A stretch of DNA of 64,000 nt from assembly GCA_965205425.1 (NCBI GenBank), contig CBDBGZ010000009.1:1120001-1184000 (forward strand), given 5' to 3'. The DNA is from Nitrosopumilus sp. (GTDB taxonomy: Archaea; Thermoproteota; Nitrososphaeria; Nitrososphaerales; Nitrosopumilaceae). Positions 1 through 10,282 of this stretch are shown here, in pieces (position 1 is the stretch's first letter; every line of letters starts with the position of its first letter). Both the position numbers and the translations under genes were made by a program. The notes beneath the pieces are model-generated. The model saw nothing but the letters and a program-made list of their open reading frames with translations. It was not told where the DNA came from and searched no databases.

Positions 1-6
1 ATCACA

Positions 7-345
7 TCAAACGAGAGATTTATCCATTTCAATAGACATTATTTCTTGTACTTTTAGAAAATAGAGTTTTGTTGAATATGGCATATCATCCAAATTGTTG
101 TCAACTACAATCATAAAATATCTAACAGCTCGTTTTGAAATATCTAGATTAAATTTCATGTGAAGAACAGGATCTTGATGAACTTTGATTTTATCCTGAA
201 GCCAAGGAGGAGCCATTTCAATTGTTTCTTTTATAATTTTATCATACCAATATGATAGATTTTGAGGATGTAAGCCCTGCTTAAGATTTGCAACATCAGT
301 ATCAATTTTTTTCATCATGTGGTTTATGATTGCCATGAGGCTCAA
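7..345 (-). CDS. hypothetical protein
   Basis: 112-aa ORF co-oriented with coaD; no motif recognised. Confidence 0.7.
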   Translation of the reverse strand: MSLMAIINHMMKKIDTDVANLKQGLHPQNLSYWYDKIIKETIEMAPPWLQDKIKVHQDPVLHMKFNLDISKRAVRYFMIVVDNNLDDMPYSTKLYFLKVQEIMSIEMDKSLV

Positions 346-388
346 TCCAAGAATTTTGTTTTATTCCAATTACTCAAAGTTAGACAAG

Positions 389-865
389 CTATTTGTCAAT
401 TGATAGCAAGTTTCCATCAATATCCATTTCTGAATTTTTGATTCTAGTAGTAGATATTCTTGAACCATCTTGTGCCAAAAACATTGGAACTACTACAATT
501 TGGACAGGTGGAAGATTCTTTTTTTCTCTTAATTTATTGAGATTATCACCTTGATTGCTAGTTTCATCACTTACAACTAGAGCTTGAACTTCTTTTTTTA
601 AAACAGCAGGTCCAAAATCATTTTCTAATTTACTGATTTCAAAAATTGTATTTGAGAATTCTTTTGAAATAACAGATTTTAAATTTTCAAGTCGTTGGAC
701 ATATTTGTTTGTCGGAACTTTGCCTTTTGTTGCAGCAAATTCATCGCTGGTTATTCCGATAATTACTTTATCAGCAATATCAAATGCATTTGAAAGTAAA
801 GTTAGATGACCTCTATGAATGATATCAAAAGTTCCACCCATTGCAACAAGAGAATACTCAGACAT
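389..865 (-). CDS. coaD: phosphopantetheine adenylyltransferase (archaeal)
   Basis: GGTFD..HRGH and RISTTRI nucleotidyltransferase motifs. Confidence 0.9.
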   Translation of the reverse strand: MSEYSLVAMGGTFDIIHRGHLTLLSNAFDIADKVIIGITSDEFAATKGKVPTNKYVQRLENLKSVISKEFSNTIFEISKLENDFGPAVLKKEVQALVVSDETSNQGDNLNKLREKKNLPPVQIVVVPMFLAQDGSRISTTRIKNSEMDIDGNLLSIDK

Positions 866-945
866 GCAATATGATTATTTTCTTTGAAAATAAATCTACT
901 AGTTTTATTGTATATTTTGGGTCTAATTTATTCAAAAAATTTGGT

Positions 946-1656
946 TTATTTGGATAATTTCATGAATCCTTCTTTAATTAAGAATTGAATTCCTTCAACA
1001 AATGAGTTATCATCTATTTGACCATCTGCCCACCATCCAGCATTGTTCTTAATCCAATCAGGGATTTTACTATCTTGAGAAACAGAGCCTTGTTCTGTAA
1101 TTGGAATATTCATGAATCCTTCTTTAATTAAGAATTGAATTCCTTCAACAAATGAGTTATCATCTATTTGACCATCTGCCCACCATCCAGCATTGTTCTT
1201 AATCCAATCAGGGATTTTACTATCTTGAGAAACAGATTCTACATCATTAGGAGTTATTTCAAATGAAATAATTGCAATTGTTGCTTTTGAATTTCCATAT
1301 TGGGCTTTAACTATGAATTTACCATCAGTAAATTTCTCACCAAGTTCTACAGTATGTAAGAAAGTGCCATCAATATCAACTGGAGTTTTTTGAGTAATAA
1401 CTAGATTATTTCCAGAGCTAAAAATTGAAATTCGTAAATTTCTTTCTTCATCATATTTGTTAACATTACCAGAAAATATTACAGATTCTCCTAGAAGATA
1501 TGATTCATTATCAGATTTTATATCTACAGTAAAATTGTTAGTACTACTTTGTTCAGGGGGACCACCATAACCCAAAACCATCTGGCCAGAAGAAGATACA
1601 ACAAGTATTGAGATTATGGAAATAACAAAAAATTTGTAAGATATCATTCTAAACAA
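946..1656 (-). CDS. secreted/surface protein with two C-terminal IPDWIKNNAGWWA modules
   Basis: signal peptide; duplicated 50-aa module typical of Nitrosopumilaceae. Confidence 0.85.
   Translation of the reverse strand: MFRMISYKFFVISIISILVVSSSGQMVLGYGGPPEQSSTNNFTVDIKSDNESYLLGESVIFSGNVNKYDEERNLRISIFSSGNNLVITQKTPVDIDGTFLHTVELGEKFTDGKFIVKAQYGNSKATIAIISFEITPNDVESVSQDSKIPDWIKNNAGWWADGQIDDNSFVEGIQFLIKEGFMNIPITEQGSVSQDSKIPDWIKNNAGWWADGQIDDNSFVEGIQFLIKEGFMKLSK
959..1236. repeat. 128-bp perfect direct repeat, 150-bp period (959-1086 and 1109-1236)
   Basis: identical sequence by direct comparison. Confidence 0.95.
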
Positions 1657-1711
1657 TACATCTTTCTTTCTGCATTTAAACGGTGAGAAGATAGTCAGAT
1701 AGAAGGTAATT

Positions 1712-2800
1712 CTAGCTTACAATTATGAGAGTATATGGACCCTGTTCAGCAATTGGAACATTATTTCTATCCCAAACAAATGTTTCAATAAAGAAGAATC
1801 CTGATTCTTCTGGAATCCAATCAATGGTTTGAGTTTCTAATCCTGTTCCAATAAATCGACCGTCAAATTTTCCTACAAACACAGTAGTTGGAGGATCATT
1901 TCTATTGTCAGGGGATTTTTTTACTTGAACGTAGTAAGTATAGGGTGTTTCATCAGTTGCTTGTTCTGCTGCAAATTCAATTTGGGTTTTACTTTTAATA
2001 TAAAATTTTGAATCAATTTTGAGTTCAGATGATTTGTTTCCATCAGAATCTTCTACAAATACTTTGGAAATTGTAATTAATTTATCAGGAACTTGAGATA
2101 GAGGTATTTCTATATCTACTAAATCAGAAATAAAAATATCAGATTCAGCAAATAAGAAAAATCCTTTGGCATTAAAATCCAAAATATCATTAAACTCAAA
2201 AGAAACTTCAGTGTTAGGGTCTACATTGCCTAGTTCAATTGTGGATACTCCTAGAATTCGTGGAGGTTCAAAATGATCATAAAAAGCAAGATAGACATTA
2301 GTGTCTATATTTGGAGCGCCTCCATTTTGTAAAACTCCTGAAAATCTAAATGAACTGTCCAAAAATATATCAGTTGAATACACATTAAGCCCTTTTTGTT
2401 TTTCTACTGAAGAGTCAAATCCCAATAGAGAAACAGATGCTTCAGTAATCTCAGAATTTGCAGTTCCTGAACGAATGGCAAATGGGGATTTTCCATTTGG
2501 AGCGATAACTTCAAGGGTTGTATTTCCTTGAGTTACTTCTAATGGCTCAACTCCATATTGAGAGAAAAAGTTTGCCTGAATTTTTACATTAGTTACAGGA
2601 GTTAGCGGATTATTATTTTCAACCAGTCCAACTACAACTGTAAATCCTTCAGAATCCTGATATACATGAATATTTTCTTCGTTAAGAGTTACAGTTAGCG
2701 TGGGTGCATTATCAGTAGTCTCTGCTGAGAAAGCCTGTGAAAATGGAACCAGTAATAAAATCATGAATGTGCATAAAATTGCCTTCATCATAATTTCCAT
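1712..2800 (-). CDS. secreted protein with FxLYD-like Ig-fold domains
   Basis: signal peptide (AFS-AE); VVGLVEN, ANFFS and LAFYD segments. Confidence 0.7.
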   Translation of the reverse strand: MEIMMKAILCTFMILLLVPFSQAFSAETTDNAPTLTVTLNEENIHVYQDSEGFTVVVGLVENNNPLTPVTNVKIQANFFSQYGVEPLEVTQGNTTLEVIAPNGKSPFAIRSGTANSEITEASVSLLGFDSSVEKQKGLNVYSTDIFLDSSFRFSGVLQNGGAPNIDTNVYLAFYDHFEPPRILGVSTIELGNVDPNTEVSFEFNDILDFNAKGFFLFAESDIFISDLVDIEIPLSQVPDKLITISKVFVEDSDGNKSSELKIDSKFYIKSKTQIEFAAEQATDETPYTYYVQVKKSPDNRNDPPTTVFVGKFDGRFIGTGLETQTIDWIPEESGFFFIETFVWDRNNVPIAEQGPYTLIIVS

Positions 2801-2922
2801 TAAGATTGGAGATTAATTTCATGTAGCATATCAAATAGTGAACAAGAAAGGTAACAACGTTAAACCCAGTTTACACTAAAAGTTAGAAGAATAAAAAGAA
2901 ATTAAAAATAGATGTAATTATT

Positions 2923-3024
2923 TTATTTTCTCTTTGCGGTAATTGCTAACCAGTAAATTAAACCTGGAGCTAAACCAACAATGAGTGGAATCCATACAGG
3001 CCATCCATCGACTACACTTGCCAT
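2923..3024 (-). CDS. 33-aa single-TM small protein MASVVDGWPVWIPLIVGLAPGLIYWLAITAKRK
   Basis: manual translation; TATA-like TTTAAATA about 25 nt upstream; T-rich tract downstream. Confidence 0.75.
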   Translation of the reverse strand: MASVVDGWPVWIPLIVGLAPGLIYWLAITAKRK

Positions 3025-3101
3025 AAGAGAAAACCGAAACTTATCCTATTTAAATCCATCCAGCAGTCTGAATTTCAGCATAGATCGGAGGAGTTGAAAA
3101 G

Positions 3102-3175
3102 TGGACCGGACGGAATTTGAATCCGTGACCCCCCGCGTGCAAGGCGGGTATACTACCAGGCTATACTACCGGCCC
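3102..3175 (-). tRNA. tRNA-Ala(TGC)
   Basis: cloverleaf; anticodon arm CCCGC-CT-TGC-AC-GCGGG. Confidence 0.95.
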
Positions 3176-3254
3176 ACATGAAGAATCAATTATCTGTGGA
3201 TTTTAATTGTTACTTCTTGGCAAGAATTTTATTTGAAAACACGATCGTTTTATC

Positions 3255-3809
3255 ATGGTACTTTTAGAATCACAAATCAAGCTAAAAGCAGGTGATATCG
3301 CACCAGATTTTGAATTAGTTGGAATTGACGATAAAAAACATTCATTGAATGATTACAGTAACTATAAGGGAATTTTAGTAATTTTCATGTGCAATCATTG
3401 TCCATATGTAAAAGCAAAAGTAGATGCACTCAATGAATTATATGAAAAATGTGGAAAGGACATAGCAATTATTGGGATTAACAGTAATGATTCCACTGAT
3501 TATCCAGAAGATAGTTTTGATGCCATGAAACAAACTGCAAAAGAAAAAGGATTTGAATTTGATTATCTAGTAGATGAAACACAAGAGATTGCAAAGAAAT
3601 ATGGTGCAATGTGTACTCCAGATCCCTTCTTGTTTAATGCACAAAAAGAGTTAGTTTTCCATGGAAAAATAGATAATGCCATGAAACCAGATGATGAGGC
3701 AACTGAAAAAACAATGATCCTCAATATGGAAAAATTAATTGCTGGAGAAAAAATCGAAAATGATTTTGACCCCTCAATTGGCTGTTCTATCAAGTGGAAA
3801 GAAAATTAA
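3255..3809 (+). CDS. thioredoxin-fold AhpC/TSA (peroxiredoxin-like) protein
   Basis: APDF, CNHCPYV, TPDPF and GCSIKW motifs. Confidence 0.9.
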   Translation: MVLLESQIKLKAGDIAPDFELVGIDDKKHSLNDYSNYKGILVIFMCNHCPYVKAKVDALNELYEKCGKDIAIIGINSNDSTDYPEDSFDAMKQTAKEKGFEFDYLVDETQEIAKKYGAMCTPDPFLFNAQKELVFHGKIDNAMKPDDEATEKTMILNMEKLIAGEKIENDFDPSIGCSIKWKEN

Positions 3810-3842
3810 ACTTAAATGACTCTAGCCTAGAGATTTGTTCGT

Positions 3843-3917
3843 GGGCTCGTAGCTCAGCTTGGCTGGAGCGTTCGACTGATAATCGAAAGGTCATGTGTTC
3901 GAATCACATCGGGCCCA
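3843..3917 (+). tRNA. tRNA-Ile(GAT)
   Basis: cloverleaf; TTCGA-CT-GAT-AA-TCGAA. Confidence 0.95.
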
Positions 3918-3923
3918 TTTTTG

Positions 3924-4817
3924 TTATTTTAAGTTTTGAGATATAGTTTGAGACCATTGTAGAATGTCCTCAATTTTTTCAGATATTAAATCTGAACTGG
4001 TTTTAGTTTTTTTAGATGCCTTACCACAAAGTGCTAATTTCATCTGTTTTCCAGATTTTTCTTTAATAGGGTTTATGGAATCTGCAAAAAAGTTTAGACC
4101 TTCCTCAGTTTGGGAAAATACCACTACAACCAAAATACCAGGTTTTTGTTTCCATATTTTTCCAATTAGTTTTTGAAAATCAAGATCAAATAACACATTG
4201 ATTGCAGAGGACATATCTCCTAAATGAGAAACCTTCCAACCATCAGAATGGTAAACTGCTGATGCTGTCTCAGAATACAATCTGCTTTGGGTATCAGCTG
4301 CAATGACAACTATGTTCTTTTTTGGATCAGAAACTTCTTGAATTTGATTGAATATTTGAAGAGATTTTGATATTGTATTGATTAGAAGATTTTGTTCAGA
4401 TGTTCCAATTTTCCCATCATCAAATAATTTCTTTACATGATCAATTGATGGGAAAATTACCTCTAAAATCAAACGATTCACAGTTCCACCAGAATGTATG
4501 CAATTTCGAATCAGAGAATAGACTTGATCTTCATTTCCTTTGATTAGATATTCAAGATATTGTGGACCTACTTTGAAATAATCATCAGGGAAATTAAAAG
4601 ACTCTTGCCCTGGTTCTAAAAACCATAAAGTAACGTTTCCAATATTTTTTTGGTGTAGTAATCCTTCAGCTGCAAAAACTTTGAGATATTTTGACATGGT
4701 GATTCTATTAACACTAATTTTTTCAGCAATCTCAACTCCAGACATTCCAGAAACAGCATCATCTAAAATTAAAATTAATTTTTGTCTTATTTCCTCAGTA
4801 GAATATCCTTTTCCCAT
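3924..4817 (-). CDS. HTH transcriptional regulator with cobalamin-binding-like domains
   Basis: N-terminal wHTH; helical cap (VKKLFDDGKIGTSEQ) and Rossmann-like domain (GWKVSHLG). Confidence 0.7.
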   Translation of the reverse strand: MGKGYSTEEIRQKLILILDDAVSGMSGVEIAEKISVNRITMSKYLKVFAAEGLLHQKNIGNVTLWFLEPGQESFNFPDDYFKVGPQYLEYLIKGNEDQVYSLIRNCIHSGGTVNRLILEVIFPSIDHVKKLFDDGKIGTSEQNLLINTISKSLQIFNQIQEVSDPKKNIVVIAADTQSRLYSETASAVYHSDGWKVSHLGDMSSAINVLFDLDFQKLIGKIWKQKPGILVVVVFSQTEEGLNFFADSINPIKEKSGKQMKLALCGKASKKTKTSSDLISEKIEDILQWSQTISQNLK

Positions 4818-5055
4818 AGTGCTTTTGGACTATGGTATTCTATAAAGACTAATTTTCATTTTGAAAATAGAGGCACAGATTTAGACGATGTTGACGCGTG
4901 TATAGGATATTTTATTCATATTTTTAATTGAGATATAACTAATCAGAATGCCTTATGAATAACTACTCTTATTTCCTAATATGGTAGAAGACGAGTCAAT
5001 TAATCTATCCAAATCTAAAAGCCATCTTGGAAAAATAGGGCTTGTGATTATGGTA

Positions 5056-6201
5056 TAGTTTAGGCATATAAATTCTGAATAAACTGTCAAGTATTTTAAC
5101 CCAAAAGATCTAGATCGTAGAATCAATTCATGAAACCATGTCAAAGAGTACAAGACAATCCAAGGTTTCCTCTGGGAATCAATTCATGAAAGGTACAAGC
5201 ATTAATTTTTTAAGAAAAACATGCAAGAATGAAAAAAATGCAAAAGCAAAGATAAGACTAAAGGCTGCAATTTTACGCAAACAAGACATGAGATATTCTC
5301 AAATATGCATCAGTCTTGATATCATACCATCAACTCTTAGTAATTGGTTAAACCAAATGAACCGAGAAGGAATATCTGCATCACGCCGCAAGAAATATTC
5401 TGGTTCTAGATGTTTCTTAGATAAAAAACAGCTAGTGTCATTAAGGAATGATCTAATTTCAGGTCCAGAAAAGTTTGGATTTAACCAATTCATGTGGAGT
5501 ACAAGAATGGTAATTACACATGTGAATAAAAAATACAACACCCTATACTCTGCAAGAGGAATGCGTGAATTACTACACCGTATCGGATTCTCATCTAAAA
5601 AACCAAGACAGACTCATCACAAATCAGCCTCAAAAGAGGAACAAACCCGTTTTAAAAAAACGCAAAAAGGAGTATCAAAAAATATTCCAAATTGGGATAC
5701 ACCACATTATGTCTGGATGAGTCAACAAACAAGATAGCTCCAAATATCAAAAAAGGCTGGTATCTAAAAGGAAAAAATACACAAACCAAAATCAACTATA
5801 CTCGAGAAAAGTTTCAATCATTTGGTGCATTGGGGGATGACGGTGTATTTTTTTGTAGGTTCTATGATAAATCAAACACAGACTCATTTCTTGATTTCTT
5901 AAAATCCTTGCAGAAACAATTTGGTAAGAAACTGTTATTGTTTGCAGATAATGCATCATACCACAAAAGTCTCAGAGTAAAAGAATTTCTCAAAGCACCA
6001 AAAAATAAAGTAATCATCAGATATTTTCCTGCATACACTCCAGAACTCAATCCAATTGAGATACAGTGGAGAGAAGAGAAAAATGGTAATGCCAATACAT
6101 TTTTTGCAAATGGAACTGAGATGAGAAAACACATGCAGAAGAGACTAGATAATGGTGATGTTAGAGTTGTTAAAATATTCAAATATTTAATGCCTTAACT
6201 A
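5056..6201 (+). mobile_element. IS630-family element
   Basis: TIR TAGTT(T/A)AGGCAT; TA duplication at 5054-55 and 6202-03; two-ORF transposase. Confidence 0.92.
5138..6198 (+). CDS. IS630 transposase (HTH ORF 5138-5737 plus DDE ORF in the -1 frame)
   Basis: LDES, DNASYH and PAYTPELNPIE motifs; slippery TTTAAAAAAA at 5651-5660. Confidence 0.9.
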
Positions 6202-6713
6202 TAATAGGCATGATTATTCTATATGCAGACGGAATCAGGCTGACTCAGATAGTTTCAGTAGGTTATCAGTTTTATGAACATCCCGAAATCCATATCCCAA
6301 TAATTGGAATTGTAATTGCATTTTTTGGAACAGGAATTTTCATTTACAATTTCAGCAAAGGAAGAAATGTAATTTAGTTATCATTCTTATTTTGTATTTT
6401 AATAATCATAATGAGTAAAACAAGAGAAAGAAACATCAAACTAAAGTATTATTTTTAATTAAATGCTATATGTTTCAATGTTCTATATGCGGTTTAAAAT
6501 TTACCGAAGAAAGACGTCTAAAGATACATTTCAAAACTCATGAAAAACGAGAGGAGAAAAATAAGATGGAAAAAAGAACAAAAATGCCTGATTTTGAGAA
6601 ACCTGATTTTTCACAGGTGAACATTTGAACTTCATGTCCAATTAACGCACCAATACCTTTAGAATAAAACATTATATACTTGGGTACTTTATTGTACGGT
6701 AAGGAAAAGTAAA

Positions 6714-7100
6714 TTGCCAAAAGCTGGATTCAAATCAATCACTGTCTCGGAAACTGTTTATGATAAATTCCACGAAGTTTATCAAAAGAGTAAAGACGAC
6801 CTAACAATGAAAGGTGTCAACAGTTTTGCCGGCTATGTAACTTACATGTTAGAGGAGATGATGCAAAAGGACAAAACCTTTGCAAGATATGCTCCAAAGA
6901 TTGAAAAAATTTCAGTTGATGATGATCGTGTTATTCTAAAAGATAATATCAAAAATAGAATTGCAGAAGTTGCAATTCAGAAAGGAGAATTGTTTTGTCA
7001 GCTCTGTGATGAGAAAGATTGTGTCCACGTTGGATTTGTATTCTCGCTACCAGATGTTTACGAAGTTCTAAACGCTAGAGGAATCAAAAATCCAAGATAA
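6714..7100 (+). CDS. conserved protein with RHH-like N-terminus and CxxC..CxH zinc site
   Basis: KSITVSETVY; CQLCDEKDCVH. Confidence 0.75.
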   Translation: MPKAGFKSITVSETVYDKFHEVYQKSKDDLTMKGVNSFAGYVTYMLEEMMQKDKTFARYAPKIEKISVDDDRVILKDNIKNRIAEVAIQKGELFCQLCDEKDCVHVGFVFSLPDVYEVLNARGIKNPR

Positions 7101-7101
7101 G

Positions 7102-7223
7102 TGGAGGAGGTGGGATTTGAACCCACGAACTCCTGAGAGACAGGATCACCCATTATTTGATCTTAAGTCCTGCATGTCCAAAAGCACATAGTGCTTACTT
7201 TGGCCAGGCTTGATTACTCCTCC
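7102..7223 (-). tRNA. tRNA-Leu(TAA) with two introns (7176-7197 in the D arm; 7147-7161 at 37/38)
   Basis: removing both segments yields a type II cloverleaf; BHB-like junctions. Confidence 0.88.
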
Positions 7224-7314
7224 AAAAGGAATAAAATCTGAGTGAAATTTAACAGTTTAGAGTAAATTGGCCCAGAATGAAGAATTATAAGGATTTTCTA
7301 CAGGGTGAATTTGT

Positions 7315-7388
7315 GCTTCGGTAGCTCAGTCTGGTAGAGCGTTACATTGGTAATGTAAAGGTCACGGGTTCAGATCCCGTTCGAAGCT
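7315..7388 (+). tRNA. tRNA-Thr(GGT)
   Basis: TTACA-TT-GGT-AA-TGTAA. Confidence 0.95.
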
Positions 7389-7526
7389 TCTTATTTTCTA
7401 ATTTAATCAAGATTTTGACCAATTTACGAAATTTGTATTTAAGCTATTCTGAGACTAGGAAAAAGTTAGTTCAAGATCAAATTATTTTATCCATAGTACG
7501 GTTAATGATTTTTGCAATAGCAATCA

Positions 7527-8387
7527 TTGAAACAAGTTTACCGACAAATTGCAACTACTCCAAAACCATTCGTCAAATGGGCAGGTGGCAAACGTCAACT
7601 AATTCCTATTCTAACTGAAAATCTTCCAAAATCCTTTGGCACTTATTATGAGCCATTTATCGGAGGAGGGGCATTATTATTCCACATACTTACTGAGAGA
7701 AAGGGACAAAAATGCAGTATCTCGGATTTGAATTCAGATCTAGTTTTAACATATACTACAATTCGAGACAAAATTGATGGACTAATTTCATCTCTAAAAA
7801 ATCATGAAAAAAATTATCAAAAAGACTCCAAGACATATTATTATTCAGTCAGAGAATCCAATCCAAGAAGCGAAATTGAAAAGACATCAAGATTACTCTT
7901 CATGAATAGGACCTGTTTTAATGGATTATACCGAGTTAACAGTAAAGGAAAATTCAATGTTCCTCTAGGCAGATATACAAATCCCAACATCGTAAATGAG
8001 GATAATCTACGCTCAGTAAATGCCATTTTGAACACAAGTAAAATTGCAATCAAATGTAGAGATTTTGAATCAGTTCTACGAGATGCCAAAAAAGGAGATC
8101 TAGTTTACTTTGATCCTCCATACCAACCAGTAAGTGATACGGCCAACTTTACAAGTTATACAAATAAGAGCTTCACATATGATGATCTTAATAGATTAGC
8201 AGAATTATGTTTGAAATTAGATTCCAAAGGATGTAAAGTTCTTTTATCAAATTCGGATTCAAAAGAAGTTGCAAAAATTTTCTCAGACAAACCTTGGAAA
8301 ATAAATAAAATTCAAGCAAATCGGTCTATCAATTCAAATTCCAAAAAACGTACTGGACACTTTGAATTACTAATTAAAAATTATTAG
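7527..8387 (+). CDS. dam: Dam-family N6-adenine DNA methyltransferase (no cognate endonuclease nearby)
   Basis: KWAGGK, EPFIGGG, FNGLYRVN, FNVP and DPPY motifs. Confidence 0.92.
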   Translation: MKQVYRQIATTPKPFVKWAGGKRQLIPILTENLPKSFGTYYEPFIGGGALLFHILTERKGQKCSISDLNSDLVLTYTTIRDKIDGLISSLKNHEKNYQKDSKTYYYSVRESNPRSEIEKTSRLLFMNRTCFNGLYRVNSKGKFNVPLGRYTNPNIVNEDNLRSVNAILNTSKIAIKCRDFESVLRDAKKGDLVYFDPPYQPVSDTANFTSYTNKSFTYDDLNRLAELCLKLDSKGCKVLLSNSDSKEVAKIFSDKPWKINKIQANRSINSNSKKRTGHFELLIKNY

Positions 8388-8486
8388 AAAAATTCAAACA
8401 AGATTTTTCAAATTTTCATTATCAAAAATTTTTGTAGAGAATACTCTAAGATAAGATAATAAAATGAAAAGGAAAAGGTTGGATTT

Positions 8487-9137
8487 TTAGTCCCACTTTG
8501 ACCAAGCGGCCATCCATCGGTATGTCCAAGTGTTCAATTTACAACCTAAAGCTGCAAATGTACATGCCAATACTGCACCTGCACCTGCACCGAGAGCAAC
8601 TGGGCTGTTATAGAATTTACCTACTTGCGGTTCGATTGGTGTCATATATGGTGGCAATGTTGGTCTTGGATATTTGAATGCCGTTTCTAGTGGGTCTGCT
8701 ACTGTTATCAGGTTTACCATGTTGAACAATGGTAATGACATTCCTACCAGTACGCCGCCAAACAGTATCAAGGAGTGCTTGTTCTTCTTTGTTGCCCAAT
8801 AGACCAAGTCCAACAGCATTGCTGAGGGTAGCCAAACTGGAGTTACAATGAAGTCATATGGATATCCGAGTGCAAACCATGCACCTTTTGCTATCCATGT
8901 GTATACTGTCATAATTAGAGCGTAGTACGTTGCTGTGCCTGGAACGCCTGTAAATGTAAGATAGTATGTAGCACCTACAATAAGCATCAACGTTTGCGAT
9001 ATTGAGAATACCGTGTACGAAGTCCAAGCCCAGTCAGTGTAGAAGATGTAGTCTCCTGCATTAATTGTTAACAGTGTTGAGTTAACTGCAACTACTACTA
9101 TGAATAAGTAGTGTGTACATCGTCTTAACCAGACCAT
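8487..9137 (-). CDS. amoA: ammonia monooxygenase subunit A
   Basis: MVWLRRCTHY...WMAAWSKWD, 216 aa. Confidence 0.98.
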   Translation of the reverse strand: MVWLRRCTHYLFIVVVAVNSTLLTINAGDYIFYTDWAWTSYTVFSISQTLMLIVGATYYLTFTGVPGTATYYALIMTVYTWIAKGAWFALGYPYDFIVTPVWLPSAMLLDLVYWATKKNKHSLILFGGVLVGMSLPLFNMVNLITVADPLETAFKYPRPTLPPYMTPIEPQVGKFYNSPVALGAGAGAVLACTFAALGCKLNTWTYRWMAAWSKWD

Positions 9138-9243
9138 ATGAAGGTGAAGAAACGGTCAGTATATAAAATTTTAGAGTGTGATGAAGATCGTTAATCTGAA
9201 CTAAAAAGGAAAATGAAAAAGAAGTGTCTGAAGGGGTTGCCTT

Positions 9244-9603
9244 CTAGTTACCAACGTACATTGATATGAATATAGTACCTGCTGTAACTGCAGCAATACT
9301 ACCTGCTACAATACCATTACTATTCTTGTTGGAACCTTCTTCCATGACTTTAACACAGAAGATGTAACCTATTGCCTCAATGATTGTTAATACGATGAAT
9401 GCAAAGTGACCACTTGGAGTTGGATATGCCCATGGATAATAAAAGTATCCTGCTGCAGTACCACCAAAGGTTGCAAGCCATGCTGCCCAGAATGAAACAG
9501 TTATCATTCCAGTCATGTTTTCAACGCGTCTACCAATCATTCGTTCTACGTCAGCGCTTGATGATCCGCCGCCGCCAGAACCGAATCCTTTAGGAAGAGT
9601 CAT
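9244..9603 (-). CDS. amoX: ammonia monooxygenase subunit X
   Basis: membrane protein between amoA and amoC; LPKGFG...DVERMIGRRVENM. Confidence 0.92.
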   Translation of the reverse strand: MTLPKGFGSGGGGSSSADVERMIGRRVENMTGMITVSFWAAWLATFGGTAAGYFYYPWAYPTPSGHFAFIVLTIIEAIGYIFCVKVMEEGSNKNSNGIVAGSIAAVTAGTIFISMYVGN

Positions 9604-9718
9604 TATGGAATTATTCTAATTCAGAATCCTTTTAAGTCTTTCTTAAACTGCAGGACCTAGTACGATCTACGGCTTTAAGAAAAATAATAAAAATAAAAAA
9701 TGTGCTAATGCACTTTTT

Positions 9719-10282
9719 CTAAGGAATTGCTCTGCTGTACAATTTGCCTTCTAAGGCCATCTTGTACATCTCTGCAACGTATGGATTCTCTCCTGGAGTT
9801 TCTGCACCTAGTTCTACGAGTCGAGCATATACTCTAACTACGTATGCGAGTGCACCCATGAAAGCCACTACGACTCCCATGTTAAACATCCAGTGATTTG
9901 GAACTGCAAAGATTTCTTCTACAAACCAGAAATGCCACATCTCATTGACACCAATAGTAAACATGGTTGCAAGGTAACCTAGAATGGTCATCTTCAATCC
10001 AGTGTTCATTGAATTATTTGGGCCTCTAAGAACTGGAATTTTTCTATCATAGATTGCTGCTGCTCCCCATCCAAGTGGTAATGTGATGAAGTGGGAATAT
10101 AGCCACCAGTGAGCTGGTGTGAAAGCACTATCTCTGATAGAGGTTTGATGCAAAGAACCATCAACGAAGTTATCAACTTCGACTGATGCTGCAGTAGAAC
10201 CCATAGCAATAACGATGAGCCAGATTTTCTTTAGTCTCTGGATCTCAACTTCTTTTGGGATTAATGCGGGCATCTGTGCCAT
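9719..10282 (-). CDS. amoC: ammonia monooxygenase subunit C
   Basis: MAQMPALIPKEVEI; DGSLHQTSIRDSAFTPAH; NEMWHFWF. Confidence 0.97.
   Translation of the reverse strand: MAQMPALIPKEVEIQRLKKIWLIVIAMGSTAASVEVDNFVDGSLHQTSIRDSAFTPAHWWLYSHFITLPLGWGAAAIYDRKIPVLRGPNNSMNTGLKMTILGYLATMFTIGVNEMWHFWFVEEIFAVPNHWMFNMGVVVAFMGALAYVVRVYARLVELGAETPGENPYVAEMYKMALEGKLYSRAIP

Larger units (their letters stand above)
4981..6377 (+). pseudogene. 82-aa two-TM membrane protein interrupted by IS630 (4981-5055 + 6204-6377)
   Basis: removing the IS and one TA restores an open frame MVEDES...LVIMV|IGMIIL...RNVI. Confidence 0.85.

Noticed and set aside
5120..5191. 16-bp direct repeat GAATCAATTCATGAAA within IS630
   Set aside because: Only two copies inside the element and no further support for a function.
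7527..8387. Restriction-modification system
   Set aside because: No endonuclease gene beside the methylase.
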